A DNA stretch of 64,000 bases. Origin: Chiloscyllium plagiosum. Its lineage: Eukaryota. The stretch lies in assembly GCF_004010195.1 (NCBI RefSeq), contig NC_057749.1, positions 7,275,416 to 7,339,415 on the forward strand, written 5' to 3'. The translations under genes were made by a program, and so were the position numbers. A model generated the notes under the pieces. The model saw only the letters and a program-made list of their open reading frames with translations, was not told where the DNA came from and did no database searches. Shown piece by piece: positions 12,191-24,288 of the stretch (position 1 is the first letter of the stretch; each line of letters begins with the position of its first letter).

Positions 12191-13644
12191 ACTTTATCAA
12201 GGAGTGAAAAATTTGGACAGAGTCAAGAAGGATATTCTATTTCCGCAAGTTGCTATGTCAGTAACTCAGGGTTACAATTTCAAGATTGTCAGCAAGAGAG
12301 GTAGAACGAGAAGAGGAGAAACTTCCTCACTCAGAGAGGCGTTAGGATTTGTAATGCATCGCCTGGGAGAGTGGTGGAGACAGAAGCTAAAGAGAGCTGG
12401 AGACATATTTGAAAGTGATGAATTTCGAGAGCTACGGAGATAGGGCTGGAGATTGGGTCTAGCTGGGTAGCTCTTTTGGGAGCCGGTATAGACATGATGG
12501 GTTGAATGGCCTCCTTCTGTGTTGTCAAAATCTATGATTCTGTATTTCCAACTCCCTTTTGAACAACTGAAACCTCTTCCACCATCCTTTCAAGCAGTGT
12601 ATACCAGATTGTAACAGCTTCCTGTTCAAAAAACAACAAATTCTCCTTATTTCCTCATTAGGAGCATTTATTTTGAGGGTTGCAGCTGATGCTTGAGAGA
12701 TTCACATGCCTCTATTCAGCAACTCCTGTCTAATTTTAAAGATCTGTAGGATTTCTTTGTGAATGAATAGCTCCCTGAGAGAGAGATATTAAGTGCAGTA
12801 TGAGTAAAAAGTAACCAAGCAAAATTGTTGACAAGAAATGGCCTTTAGATAAATGCATGCTATATCGAATTCTGCCTTAAGGGGAGTAAATCATGCCAAT
12901 ATGTCACTGAAAAAAAACACACACACCAAGCATTCACTTAAAATGTTTCAAAATTATTCATCTGCAATGTGAAAATTTGAGTCTCTGCACAATTTAGGCT
13001 CTTTTCATGAGTTGTGACACATACCAGTGATCCATGAAGCATCACCACCATCAACAACAACAACTTGTATTTATACGGCACCTTTTATGCAGCCTAAGGC
13101 ACTTCACTGAGACATAATCAAAAAATTGGCCATCGTACAAATGCATCTGCTTCTAGAAATGCCAGTGAAAACACACAAAGTTAATCTGAAATACATCAGA
13201 AACTATGCCAAAACAAATTAATAACACTTCGATTTTTTTTAAAGTAAAGACTAGTGGATTGGAAATCGATTTAGGAATTGGATGGAAAGGTGTATTTCTT
13301 TTTATTGTGTTTCTTGTTTTTACTTGGATGAGAGATTCCACAATGTCTGGTCTTAAATGCAAATCCTTAGGATCTGGGCCTGTATTCTATTCCAGAGGAC
13401 AATTAAGAATCAACTACACTGCTGTGGCCTCTGCATACTGAAGACCAAGGGCAGCAGATAAATGGAAACACCTCCACCTGTAAGTTCCTTTCTATGCCAA
13501 ATACTGAACTTTATATTATTCCTTGGCTGTCACTGGGCCAAAATCCTCGAACTGCCTTCTGAAAAGCACTGTACATGTCCCATCTCTCCATGTCCTGCGG
13601 TGGTTGAAGAAGGCACCTCACCATTACCTTCTCGAGGACAATTA

Positions 13645-13896
13645 GAGTCATACAGTCATACAGTCATACAGCATGTAAACAGACCCCTTGGTCCAACTTG
13701 TCCATGCCGACCAGCTATCCTAAATTAATCTAGTCCCATTGCCAGCATTTTTCATATATCCCTCTTAAACCCATCCTATTCATATACCCATCCTTTTAAG
13801 TATTGTAATTGTACCAGCCTCCACCACTCCCCTGGCAGCTCATTCCATAGACACACCACCCTCTCGCCTTAAAGGGGAAAGATTTAAAAGGGACCA
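13645..13896 (-). mobile_element. HER1/CR1 3' fragment with short inverted 5' piece
   Basis: (agtcatac)n tail at 13645; 13871-13896 aaaggggaaagatttaaaagggacc is upstream CR1 sequence in the opposite orientation. Confidence 0.75.
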
Positions 13897-14256
13897 AACA
13901 GGTAATGGAAAAAGTGCTGGCCTTATCAGCAACACCCATATCCCGTGAGCAAATATATCAAAAGATTTCCCAGTATCTTCAATGGAAGCAAACATTAACA
14001 TTGATACATAGAACATAAGACGGGAGGAGGCCATTCAGCCTTTTGATCCTGCTCCATCATTGAACATGATCATGGCTGATCATCCAACTCAGTCGCCTGT
14101 TCCCACTTTCTCCTCAAAACCTTCAGAACCCTTTAGAACTCCATCTAACTCCTTCTTGAAAACGTTCAATGATTGGGCCTCAATTGCTTTGTGGCAGAGA
14201 ATTTCACAGGCTCACCACTGGGTGAAGGAATGTCTCCTCATCTCAATCCAAAATGG

Positions 14257-14423
14257 GTGAAAGTGAGGACTGCAGATGCTGGAGATTAGAATCAAGATTA
14301 GAGTGGTGCTGGTAATGCACAGCAGGTCAGGCAGCATCCGAGAAGCAGGAAAATCGACGTTTCGGGCAGGAGCCCTTCATCAGGAATGCCTGACCTGCTG
14401 TGCATTTCCAGCACCACTCTAAC
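14257..14423 (-). mobile_element. Short PLE insertion (family P1) with partial inversion
   Basis: 15-bp near-TSD ctcaatcc(a/t)aaatgg at 14242-14256 and 14424-14438. Confidence 0.85.
14352..14387 (-). ncRNA. Minimal type I hammerhead ribozyme motif (core intact)
   Basis: Minus strand attc-CTGATGA-A-GGGC-tcct-GCCC-GAAA-CGTC-gatt; stem I imperfect. Confidence 0.65.
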
Positions 14424-15077
14424 CTCAATCCTAAATGGCTTAGCCCGTATCCTTACACTGTGACCCCTGTCTCCGGAGAAGTGCAACAAACACTGCACCC
14501 GATTCCTTCTGTTCTCTGAAGGAGTGAGTGAATTTACAAACAGGCCAATTTAGTTTCACGCCTGTAGCTACACCTTTGGATTTTACTACAAAATTAAAAA
14601 TAATATATCTTGAAACAAGGAACTTAAGTGTTGTTCCTTCGTGAAATTTTTGTCAGAGGCAAAGATCGCTAGTCGATTACCAAAATGGCTGCTGATCCTG
14701 ATGTTTTCAATTCTAACGTAGAAATCGAAAGAAAAAAAAACGCTGACCTTTTCTTTGTATAAATGTTGGCTGACCTGCTGTGTAATTCTCAGCATTTACT
14801 TTTTCTTCTTGTTTCACTTCCATCTTCTGGTTGCCTTGGTGACCAGCCTCGATTGCCTGACTCTCCTTGCAAACAGCAATCTGCTCACTTCCGTTATAAA
14901 AACGCTTCAAGTGAACCTCACACATTCTGTCTGGTGGGTGGCTGACAATAGACATTTTGTACCCCACAGAAAAGAAAAAGTCTTGTGTGTAGAGCCATAC
15001 TCAGTCAATGAAGCAATGATATCTCGTGTGGAGATCAAAAGGAGACTGGAAATATGTTTCAATAGTCACAGCCACCT

Positions 15078-15136
15078 GATTTTCCTGCTCCTCGGATGCT
15101 GCCTGACCTGCTGTCCTTTTCCAGCACCACACTCTC
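15078..15136 (+). mobile_element. Very short P1 PLE fragment
   Basis: gattttcctgctcctcggatgctgcctgacctgctg...ccagcaccacactc. Confidence 0.75.
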
Positions 15137-15552
15137 ATCACTACAATGAGCCAGCACCAGACTAGAACAGGAAGGTGAAACCAGAACCAAGTGTGACGCT
15201 GCTTCTCCTCATCCTTGACATTTTCCACTTCCTTCGCCTTATGGTGGGCAGTCCATGCAGTTTACATCAGTGATTTATTAATTTTATATCTTGTCCCTAA
15301 AGATCTAATCAAAGTCAGATGGCAATTCAACATTTTAATGGCAGTGTCTGTACATGCAGTGTGTGCGCCCCCTGCAGTTGCATTGGCAGCAAGCACAGGG
15401 GTGGGGGAGACTTAACCAAGAGTCACCCCTCATCTTTACAAGTGTTGTTGGGGTCGAGCGATTAAGGTGGTGGATCAGAAATCAGTCGTAGAAATCTCTG
15501 TGTATGCTTGAACCCTGCTGACTATGGTCCATATCTCTATCATTATAAGACC

Positions 15553-15660
15553 ATTGTGGTGCAGTGGTAGTGTCCCTACCTCTGAGCTAGGATGGGCAGT
15601 TTCAAGTCCCACCTACTCCAGCAGTGTGTCATCTGGACAGATTGATTAGAAAATATCTAT
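15553..15660 (+). mobile_element. Short tRNA-derived SINE (family D)
   Basis: gtggtgcagtggtagtgtccctacctctgag...ttcaagtccc...ttgattag; related copies at 20948-21050(-), 25697-25800, 39360-39440. Confidence 0.65.
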
Positions 15661-16059
15661 AAACTCATCTTGACCTATGCTTGAATCAGAGGTCTTCACT
15701 CAAGTATGAACTCATCAAAACGTGGAGCAAACAGAGAAGCTTTTGGTCCTTCAGATGCAGTTAGTTGAAGGTCTTCCATTTTCTAAACAAGATGTCACAA
15801 AAGGTCATGTCTTTTTGTTGTTGTAACTGTGTCTGAGTAATTTAGGGAGCAATAGGTTAAGAGTTCCTCTGTCACCCTGAAGCTTTGATGTGTTAGAAGA
15901 CTTCAAGAATGATTCAAGATTAGACCAAGACACGAGGCAATACTCCACCACAGGTCTCTCATGTAATATTTACAGGTACTGTATTTTTGAAGGAAAATAA
16001 AGTAAGCTTCCTTTTAACAGAAACAAAGACCACATTTTCATAGGAGCAAGAAATAAAGG

Positions 16060-16456
16060 TTTGCATTTATATAGTGTCTTTCATGACCTCATGACTCCAA
16101 CGTGCTTTGCAGCCAATGAAGTCCAGACACAGACAAGGAAGAAATACTGCCCTCAGTTTGTACACTGTAAGATCCCACAACTGTGACAAGCAATGTAATA
16201 ATCACCAGTTAATCTAGTTTTAGTGGTATTGGTTAAAGGATAAATATTAGGTGGAACATCAGGAATAACATCCCTGTTTGTCGTCAAGATGGTGTGATAC
16301 GATCTTTTACGTCTGTCTGAGAGAGACAGACAGGGTCTTGAGTTCAACATCTCATTTGAAAGGAGACAGCTTCCAACTGTGCAGGACTCCCTCAGCACGG
16401 CACAGACCTTCATCTTGAATTCTCTGGAATGGGATTTGAGCCCTTTCCTCCTGACT
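16060..16456 (-). mobile_element. Near full-length Deu-domain SINE
   Basis: Reverse complement of tRNA-like head, Deu core and L2-like tail (ttgcatttatatagtgtctttca). Confidence 0.8.
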
Positions 16457-17119
16457 CAAGTCCTGTTGAGCTCACCATCGCCACCTGCTGCTGGAGACCC
16501 GGTGACACTAACAAAACCCAAGCACTCCCAATAACCTGAAAGATTAGCCCAAACCCAATAATATTTCAGAGCAAGTGAAAGAACCAAGCTTAAACAATAC
16601 ACTTTTTTTATTTGCCTGAAGGGGGATAGTTAATACAACAGAATTCAACCAACAAGAGTAAAATCTGCATGTGCACTTTTCTGTATTGAAGTAATTCATG
16701 AATGATGGAGCCAAGCAGGGAGCGAGAGCACACTGTTCATTAAACGAAGGCCCATATTTCCATGACAATGCTACGTTTCCTTTGCATATGTTCACCAGCA
16801 ACAGCTGTGCAGGATATTTTATTGTCACTCACGCTGCTGTCTGCCACCCTCAGCCATCTGAACATAGACCCATTAAGCATTAAATAGCTTTTAATGCGCA
16901 ATCTGCAACAGCAGATACAAATGATCAGACAGTTAAATAAAGATTATCTGAGAAACATTTCCTCCCAAAGTGCCGAACGCAAAAACGCCTGGAAAATAAT
17001 AAAGTGTTGTTTCAGAAGCAGAATGTGGAGACTTTAATTTAATCCAGTTCTGGAACAAGAAATTTGTTTTTATTATTCAAGTATTTGGATGTACTGTGAA
17101 CTGTGCTGAGAAGTGAGGT

Positions 17120-17240
17120 GCATTGCCAAAGCTTTTTCTGTCTTACACTCATCAGGACCATTGCAAGAATGCTAAATTTCAAATGATAGCGACAATTTGT
17201 ACTGCTAGAGAAATGGGTGCTGATAGGCCAAGGCATTAGA
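17120..17240 (-). mobile_element. PLE-like terminal fragment (family P4) with decayed hammerhead
   Basis: Minus strand gtcCTGATGAgtgtaagacaGAAAaagctttggc; related copies at 37625-37800 and 58220-58410. Confidence 0.55.
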
Positions 17241-17700
17241 ATTGTTAAGTGAAGATTATTTGAGTACATTAAAAGAGAATAGAAAATAAGAGTGTACAAT
17301 TCTAAAGGGGGTATAAGGAGCTGGGTGACTCAAAGTATTATATGCACATTAAAGGTGACCAGAGAGATGGAGAGCAGTTCATAAAGCAGACAATGTTCTC
17401 AGATAGAGTAGAGAGGGAGAAACTGTTCATTCTCATTCAAGAGAAAGGAACAAGAGGGCATAGATTTAAAGCGATGAAGCAAGTGTGGTGTAAGAAAAGA
17501 ATTTTTTCACGTGCTGAGTGCACTTCCTGGAAGCATGCTGGAGATAGATTCAATTGAGGCACATAAAAGGCCAATGGACAATTATTTGATAGAAATAACG
17601 TGCAGGGATATGGAGAAAAAGTGAGAATGGCACTAGTTGATAGAATTGGCACATGGCATGATGGTCTGAATGGCCTGCTGCTACTCCATAACAAGTCTGT
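17240..17700 (+). mobile_element. Decayed CR1 fragments
   Basis: DRVEREKLF...TRGHRFK remnant and tail tgaatggcctgctgctactcc. Confidence 0.65.
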
Positions 17701-18277
17701 GATGAACATGGAGAAGCATCGGGGAGCACTAGGCTTCCTGAGCTCCTTGACAATTCAACAATAAGAATGCAAGACTTGAGCATATTAGAGAGTCAGAGGC
17801 ATATTCCTTTTGTTTGCAGAGTGCACATTCTTGCATCTGACTTAATATCTCTTCTAGCAAGTGTAAATTTGCCACATAACAACCTGAACTAAATTGGTTG
17901 TTAGTGCACCTGGAACACTCAGAGTCGAGTTGCCAACTGTAACTATTCCTTCTGTAGTATTAATTATTGTGACCATTTGAAATTCAGCATTCTTGCATTG
18001 ACAAACCAATGAAATATGATCAGAAGGAGACCAGTCAGCTCCTCAAACCTGTTCCAGCATCAATGAGATCATGATGAATCATGTTGCATTTCAAATTCCA
18101 CATTCCCAATTGGTTGAAAAATTGACTGACATATGTCTCTCCTCAGCAATATTGAAATTCTATTTTAAAAAACAGAACATAAATCTATTTTTCTCATGAG
18201 CTACCTGATTGTTTTTATTCACTGGTGAGGTCAGTATTTATTGTCTGTCCTTCATTGCCCTTAAGAGGTGGTGGTGA

Positions 18278-18442
18278 TGTTGTGGAGGTGCCAGTTTTGG
18301 ACTGGGATGAACAAGGTCAGAAGTGACACTACACCAGGTTATAGTCCTTCAGGTAACTTCATCTGCCGAAGGGGCAGTGCTTAGAAAGCTTGTGATTTCA
18401 AATCAACCTCTTGGACTATAACCTGGTGTCAACTGACTTCTG
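18278..18442. mobile_element. Fold-back PLE insertion (family P2 variant)
   Basis: tcagaagtgacactacaccaggttatagtcc versus ggactataacctggtgtcaactgacttctga inverted arms; decayed ctgccgaaggggcagtgcttagaaagc core. Confidence 0.7.
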
Positions 18443-20499
18443 AAGGTAGTATTGAGTTACGAATGGGCATTAAATGCTGCCCCCAGCCTGCAACACCCAC
18501 ACCCCACAAGTGAATTTGAAAAAACAATTGCCAACCACTCTCCAGAATTGGCCTGAAGCCTCGAAAGACTGAAGGTTAGTCACCAGGATACATTTGTGAG
18601 CGATCCCAGAAAAATAAAATGGGTTATAAAAGGTTTGCTTCTTAAATTGTCCATGAGCGCTTCAATTTAGCAATTATAAACAAAATGGTTCAGGTTACAA
18701 AGATTTCTGTTGCTTTCCATTTGGCACATGGGAGGGTCAGGCATTGACAGGGTTGAAAGGTTGGATGAGACTGGGGAATGGACAATTGGAGGTCATGAGA
18801 TGACGCCTGCCCAGAGTAGGCTGAGGGTTAATGGACTTTTGTTTGAGGGATTGGCTAGATGGAACATTGTGCTTTTCTCTTCAACACCAGCTGTGTACTT
18901 GGCAACGTTTAGCTGCTCGTCTTATTTAGTTTATGAAACCCATTGATCAGGTGGTGAAACTGTCCAGCTGAGTTCTCTGCTAAATTACTAATTATTATTA
19001 TAACCATTGTTATAGCTCTTCGCTTCTCTAGATTGACCCCTGTTTCTTATTCTCCCCATACCCTCTCTGGGTTGTGTCAAAATCCAAATGCTTCAATTTC
19101 TCTCTCTTTCTATATTTATTTCTTTAAGTCTGCTAGCTGTGTTGTTGCTGTTGGATACACAGTGTGATATCCGGAGGATGTAGACGTAACTCATTTGTAA
19201 GACTTTCTGCTACACACTCGGATGGTTGATGTTTTAAGTTCAAGTCTAACTCGCACACAATGTCTGTTGACACATCAGTGCAGCGCAGCAGGGATGCTAC
19301 ATGATTAGAGGTGCCAGCTTCCAAGTGGCATGTTGAGCTGCTAGTGCAACCAATCTCTCTTGCATAGTTCAAAGAAGTGCTTCCCAACATTCCACCCTCA
19401 CAACCAATGGATTCGGCCCCATTAGTGTTTGCCAGGATGAAAATGGCAACTGCACTTCACCAAGCGAATTTCGTTGTATCTGGTTTGACATGACTGGCAA
19501 AAAAAGTGATGACACAAGGAAGAACATTTTGCCAGATAAGATCTCAAGTGCACAGCTTGATGGGTTTGTGATTGCAAACTCTACGGTAATCTTCAGAAGG
19601 GAAGTAGATTAATACTTGAAGGAGAGAGACTTGCACACATTTGAGAAACAAGCAAAACAGTAGGACATATTTGGTGCAGGTAGAGTTACAACATTTAAAT
19701 ATTTGGGCAATACATGAGTACAAAATGTTTGGAGGGACTTAGGCCAAGCACAAACAGGCGGGGCTAGTTTAGTTTGGGATTATGATCAGAATGGACCAAT
19801 TGGACTGAGGGGTCTATTTCAATGACTAACTAGATCACTCAATAAAGTTACTGGCATAAACTCAAAAAGTTTCTTTAAGTGCTAAAGAACCCAATGCTTC
19901 CAAGATGTAAAGGTTATTCATAATAAAGAAATAGATGATAATTCATTGCCATAAAATCCAAATACAGTTAAAGTAACGGAGCTTGATTATCGTTGGCAAC
20001 ATTAAATAATGGTAGTCACCTTCTGATGGACATTTCTTTTAGATTTTAAAGGCATCAGCGATGTAAGGGAAAAGCAAGAATATGGCATTGAAGGACCGAA
20101 TGCCCTACTCCTGCTACTAGCTTCTATGTTTACTCAAGAGGTGTTGGCCCACATACATATATCCCATTTAATTTAGAAAACACATGATTAAACATAATTT
20201 ATTTCCACTTAAAATTGGCATTTTCATTTGCCAGAGGAAACTTGCCGTGTAAAATTACAGTTAGCCTGATAACTGTATGTGGTATGTGTGACAATTAGTG
20301 GGGGTCATTGATGGATATCATGGTGACAAACCACTTGTCCCAACAGTAGGAATTTAGAAATTCTCTTTCACATGGCGCGCGTGCCTCTGATCAGACTTGT
20401 AGATGAAAGGTTAAGTCAAGATTTGTTGGAGCGTAAGAAAAGATGCACTTTGGTTTTCCGACTGTGGTTTTTGCCATTCCTTAGTGGGTATCCATTTTA

Positions 20500-20880
20500 C
20501 CGATCAGTCAAGTCCCCCACCACAGGCATGAGTACAAGATCTAGGCTAACGCTCTACTGGAAGAGTGCTGCACTGCCAGAGGCACTGGTTTGATGAGACG
20601 AGATTTAATACCAAGGTCCTGTCTCCCACTTCAGGGGTCTGCAAAAATTCCCATGGCTCCATTTTGAAGAGGGCATTTTTCCCATGACCCCAGCCAACTG
20701 TCATCTCCCCATCTCCTCCACTAAAGCAAAACAGATCATCTGGTTATTGTTTCTATGGGAACTTACTGTTCACAATGCGGTGGCTGCGTTTTCTGCACTA
20801 CAACAGCGGCAATACCTTTAAAAGGTAATTCATTGCTTAGAAAGTGACTTGGGCTATTCTGTTGTTGAGAAAGGTGTTGC
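20500..20880 (+). mobile_element. Deu-domain SINE
   Basis: gagtgctgcactgccagagg...atcccatggc-like...agatcatctggttatt...ctacaacag. Confidence 0.7.
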
Positions 20881-21050
20881 AGAAGCAAAAACTGGCAAGT
20901 AGAAGATGAGGTTGAGTGCTGCCACCAATACTGTATTCTAAATTATCCTTAATCAATTTGCTCAGACACGCTAGGACATATCTCCATGGCAGAGGAGACT
21001 TGAACATTGACTTTGTGGCTCAAAGGAAAGGCACTACCAGTGTGCCACAA

Positions 21051-21239
21051 TAATTTGGAGATGCCGATGTTGGACTGGGGTGTACAAAGTTAAAAATCAC
21101 ACAACACCAGGTTATAGTCCAACAGGTTTATTTGGAAGCACTAGCTTTTGGAAATCACCTGCTGAAGGTGCAGCGCTCCGAAAGCTAGTGCTTCCAAATA
21201 AACCTGTTGGACTATAACCTGGTGTTGTGTGAATTTTAA
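21051..21239. mobile_element. Fold-back PLE insertion (family P2) nested in SINE D
   Basis: ~60-bp near-perfect inverted arms 21090-21150 and 21180-21240; TSD cagtgtgcc(c)acaa at 21038-21050 and 21240-21253; hammerhead-like core at 21156-21190. Confidence 0.85.
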
Positions 21240-21629
21240 CAGTGTGCCCACAAGACCCCCATGAGTCTAAGGGCATATTGGTTAGCAGTGGGAGAGGATG
21301 AACTACTCCCGAGTCCTAATGAAAAGAGGAACTTAACAGGATGCAATATCTTTTGGTGCATGATAGCAACAGGTACTACAAATGACATTGGCTGAGTTCG
21401 ACAGAAAAACTAAAACCATCAGGAGAGACAAATGATATGTCTGCTCATTGGAATCTGAAGTGGAACTCCTCTTTTCACCAATGAAGATGGCATTATGTAA
21501 TCAGATCAGGTCAAACTACTGCAGTCCCAACATGAACCCAAAAAAGGCACTATATCAATGCAAGCTCTTCTTTCCAAATTCAGCACAGAGCACGGACTGA
21601 ATCTGGGATCCTCATGTTCTGTATCCATG

Positions 21630-21872
21630 GATAGACCATTTAGGACAGAGATAAGAACCTGGGGAATTCTCTGTCACAGAAAGTGGTTGAGGCCACAACA
21701 TTGAATGTTTCCCAGAAGGAGTTAAATATAATTCTTCGGGCTAAAGAGATTAAAGATAGAGAGAGAGAAAACTGGAACAGGGGACTGGTTGGTCGATCAG
21801 CCACGGTCATACTGAATAGCAGAGCAAGCTCAAAGGGCCAAATGGCCTACTCTTCCTCCAATTTTCTATGTT
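21630..21872 (+). mobile_element. CR1 3' fragment
   Basis: cagaaagtggttgaggcc...aagggccaaatggcctactc...tctatgtt. Confidence 0.7.
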
Positions 21873-22764
21873 TAAAACATACAATGCTTTTCCCAACTAA
21901 TGCCGTCTCGTTGCTTCCTCATCAATTTTCAGAAGGAACTTATTCATGACCACAAAAAATTGGCACACACTGGTGACACTGCCCCTGATTAGTCCTGATA
22001 TGGAGCAGGGAGGGAAGGTACGAAGTGGTACCTCAGCTGTTCGAGACAGTGACCCTGCAATGCAGCGTGAGTGACAGCGCAAGAGCGCTGTGCAGTAAAT
22101 GAGTTGAGGTAACTACTGTCAACAGAAGGTAACATCTCTATGAGAGACATCATTCCTCTAACCTGGTTTACAGCACCCATCTCTTTACACAGCTATCAGT
22201 CACAAATCAGTCATCCTTATGTCACACAAACACTCTGCTCGACATTCAACATGCTTCTGAGGCCTTTGATGAGTTGGTATTTTAAATTATCTTCCACCCA
22301 GGATCCAATTTGTCAGAACCCTGGGTGATTTATTGTTAATTTAACAAGTTCTGCTTGAGTTCATGTTTCCAGAAAAAAGCCAAGGCCAGGAGCCGTGAGG
22401 AATTTTACAGCTTTCATTTAAAGTAAATAGGTTCTGTTCCAACTAAAAAACTAAACCTCCGAAATAATTCACATTGAAAGCGAGAGAAAGAAACAAGGTG
22501 GAAGAATGGGAAGAGTTCCTGGCTGAATGGGAGAGCAGCTTTTACTTTGGCCCTGTTTTAATATGCCTTTAATTGAAAAGAAAATATGAAGGACACAAAA
22601 TGCAACTCTGAATATCGTTCAAGGGTCAGGAAATCACCGAGAGCATCAATGTAATCAGATTCACAAGGACAATATTTTACAGGATTAGATATTGCAGTTG
22701 CAAGTCTTGTCTAGGAACAGAGCAAAATACTACACTTTGTGGCTGATAGTTGAACAGAGAAGGG

Positions 22765-23095
22765 AGATGGTGACATTGTGATGGAGTCACTGAACTCATA
22801 ATCTAGAGGACCAAGGATAAAGTCCTGGGGATGTGGGTTCGAATACCATCATAGCAACTGGTGGAATTTAAATTCAATTCATAACATTTGGAATGGAAAA
22901 GCTAGTCTTGGTAAAGGCTGCCGTCAGTTATTGTAAAAGCCCCCATTCTGGTTTGCCAATGTCCTTTAGGGAAGGCAATCTACAATCTTTACCCAGTCCA
23001 GTTGACATGTGACTCCAGGCCCACAGCTAGACTCTTCGCTGCCCTCTGAAATGGCTGAGGGAACCATTCAATTCAGGTGTAATGAGGGATGCTGG
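22765..23095 (+). mobile_element. SINE family B
   Basis: gggttcgaatacc...ggtggaatttaaattcaa...gtcctttagggaagg...gactccagg. Confidence 0.75.
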
Positions 23096-23372
23096 GCCAT
23101 TTCAGATTCAGATGTGGAGAAATTATTTCTACTCAGAGAGTGGTGAGTCTGTGGAATGCTCTACCACAGAAAGTGGTTGAGGCACGAACATTGAATACTG
23201 AATGAGTTCAATAAGGATTCAGATACAGTTCTAGAGCTACAGGGATCAAAGGGCACGGGGAGAAAGTGGGAACAGCTTACTGAGTTTGGTGATCAGCCAT
23301 GATCATATACATGTTGAATTATTTACTATATTGAATGATGAAGAAGGCCCAAAGGCCAAATGGTTCCTATTC
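23095..23372 (+). mobile_element. CR1 3' fragment
   Basis: tctactcagagagtggtgagtctgtggaatgctctacc (FSTQRVVSLWNALP). Confidence 0.75.
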
Positions 23373-23587
23373 ATACATCTCTATTAACAGGGAAATACTA
23401 TTTAAGAGTAATAATATTGTATTAAACTTATATAACCTTGCTAGCTACAGCTAAGTAATGATTGACAACCAACAGGTAATTTGCACAAGAGAGTTGGTCA
23501 AAGATTACATCCCGTTAGGATATGCCCAATAGCACAGCACTAGACCTTCAAGTAATGCTGCGAGCATCTCACTGTTTTCACACTGGA

Positions 23588-24288
23588 GATTGGTTAGCTC
23601 AGTTGACTGGACTGCTGGTTTGTGATACAGAATAATGTCAACAGCATGCGTTCAATTCCAATGCCAATTTCGGTAACTTTGAAGGACTCTCCTTCTTAAC
23701 CTTCACCATTGATTAAGGGGAGGCAGTGCTCTAGTTGTATTATCACTGCACTATCAATCCAAAGACATGGGGGTATGGAGACCTGGGCTTGAATCCTGTC
23801 ATAGTAGAAAGTGAATTATGTATAAAACTCAGCTGCACCACAAAAGCTACTAACAGGCAGTGACCTTGTGGTACTGTTTCTGGACTAACAATCCAGAATC
23901 CCAGACTAAAGCTTGGGAACATGGATTCATAATCCTACCAGGGCACTAAGTATCTTTTTTTTTAAATTAGCATTGTGGGGGGCAAAAAGCTAGCCTAATG
24001 GTGACCATTGTTGCTTGTCCATTTGGTTCACTAATATCCTTTAGGGAAGGAAATCTGCCATCCTTAACTGGTCTGACCTACATATGACTCCAGACCTACA
24101 ACAACGTGGCTAACTCTCAATACGGACAATAAGGGATGAGCAATAAATGATGGCCTAGCAAACAATGGCGTCATTCCATGACTAAATAAAAAGTGGTGAG
24201 GTGACCCTGAGGTTCAATCACCACCCATTGCTTCTCTCTAAGTAGAGAGAAGCCCTTTAGTCCAGTAGGGCGATGGCAACTTTACTTT
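23588..24288 (+). mobile_element. SINE C interrupted by SINE B (23718-24192, head duplicated)
   Basis: SINE C head 23588-23715 resumes at 24193 with gtgaccctgaggtt; the insert has two head-like segments and a family B body and tail. Confidence 0.65.

Larger units (their letters stand above)
11085..12545 (+). mobile_element. CR1 LINE fragment interrupted by two younger insertions
   Basis: CR1 RT motifs (tacaaatcattggtcagatcacatttagagtattgtgtacagttctgg) resume at ~11800 and ~12190 and end in a CR1 tail at 12545. Confidence 0.75.
14005..14480 (-). mobile_element. CR1 3' fragment
   Basis: catagaacataaga...ggccattcagcc tail; continues after the nested PLE insertion. Confidence 0.75.

Noticed and set aside
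14755..15165. 136-aa hydrophobic ORF
   Set aside because: Starts and ends in PLE-derived sequence, with no recognisable domain or splice context.
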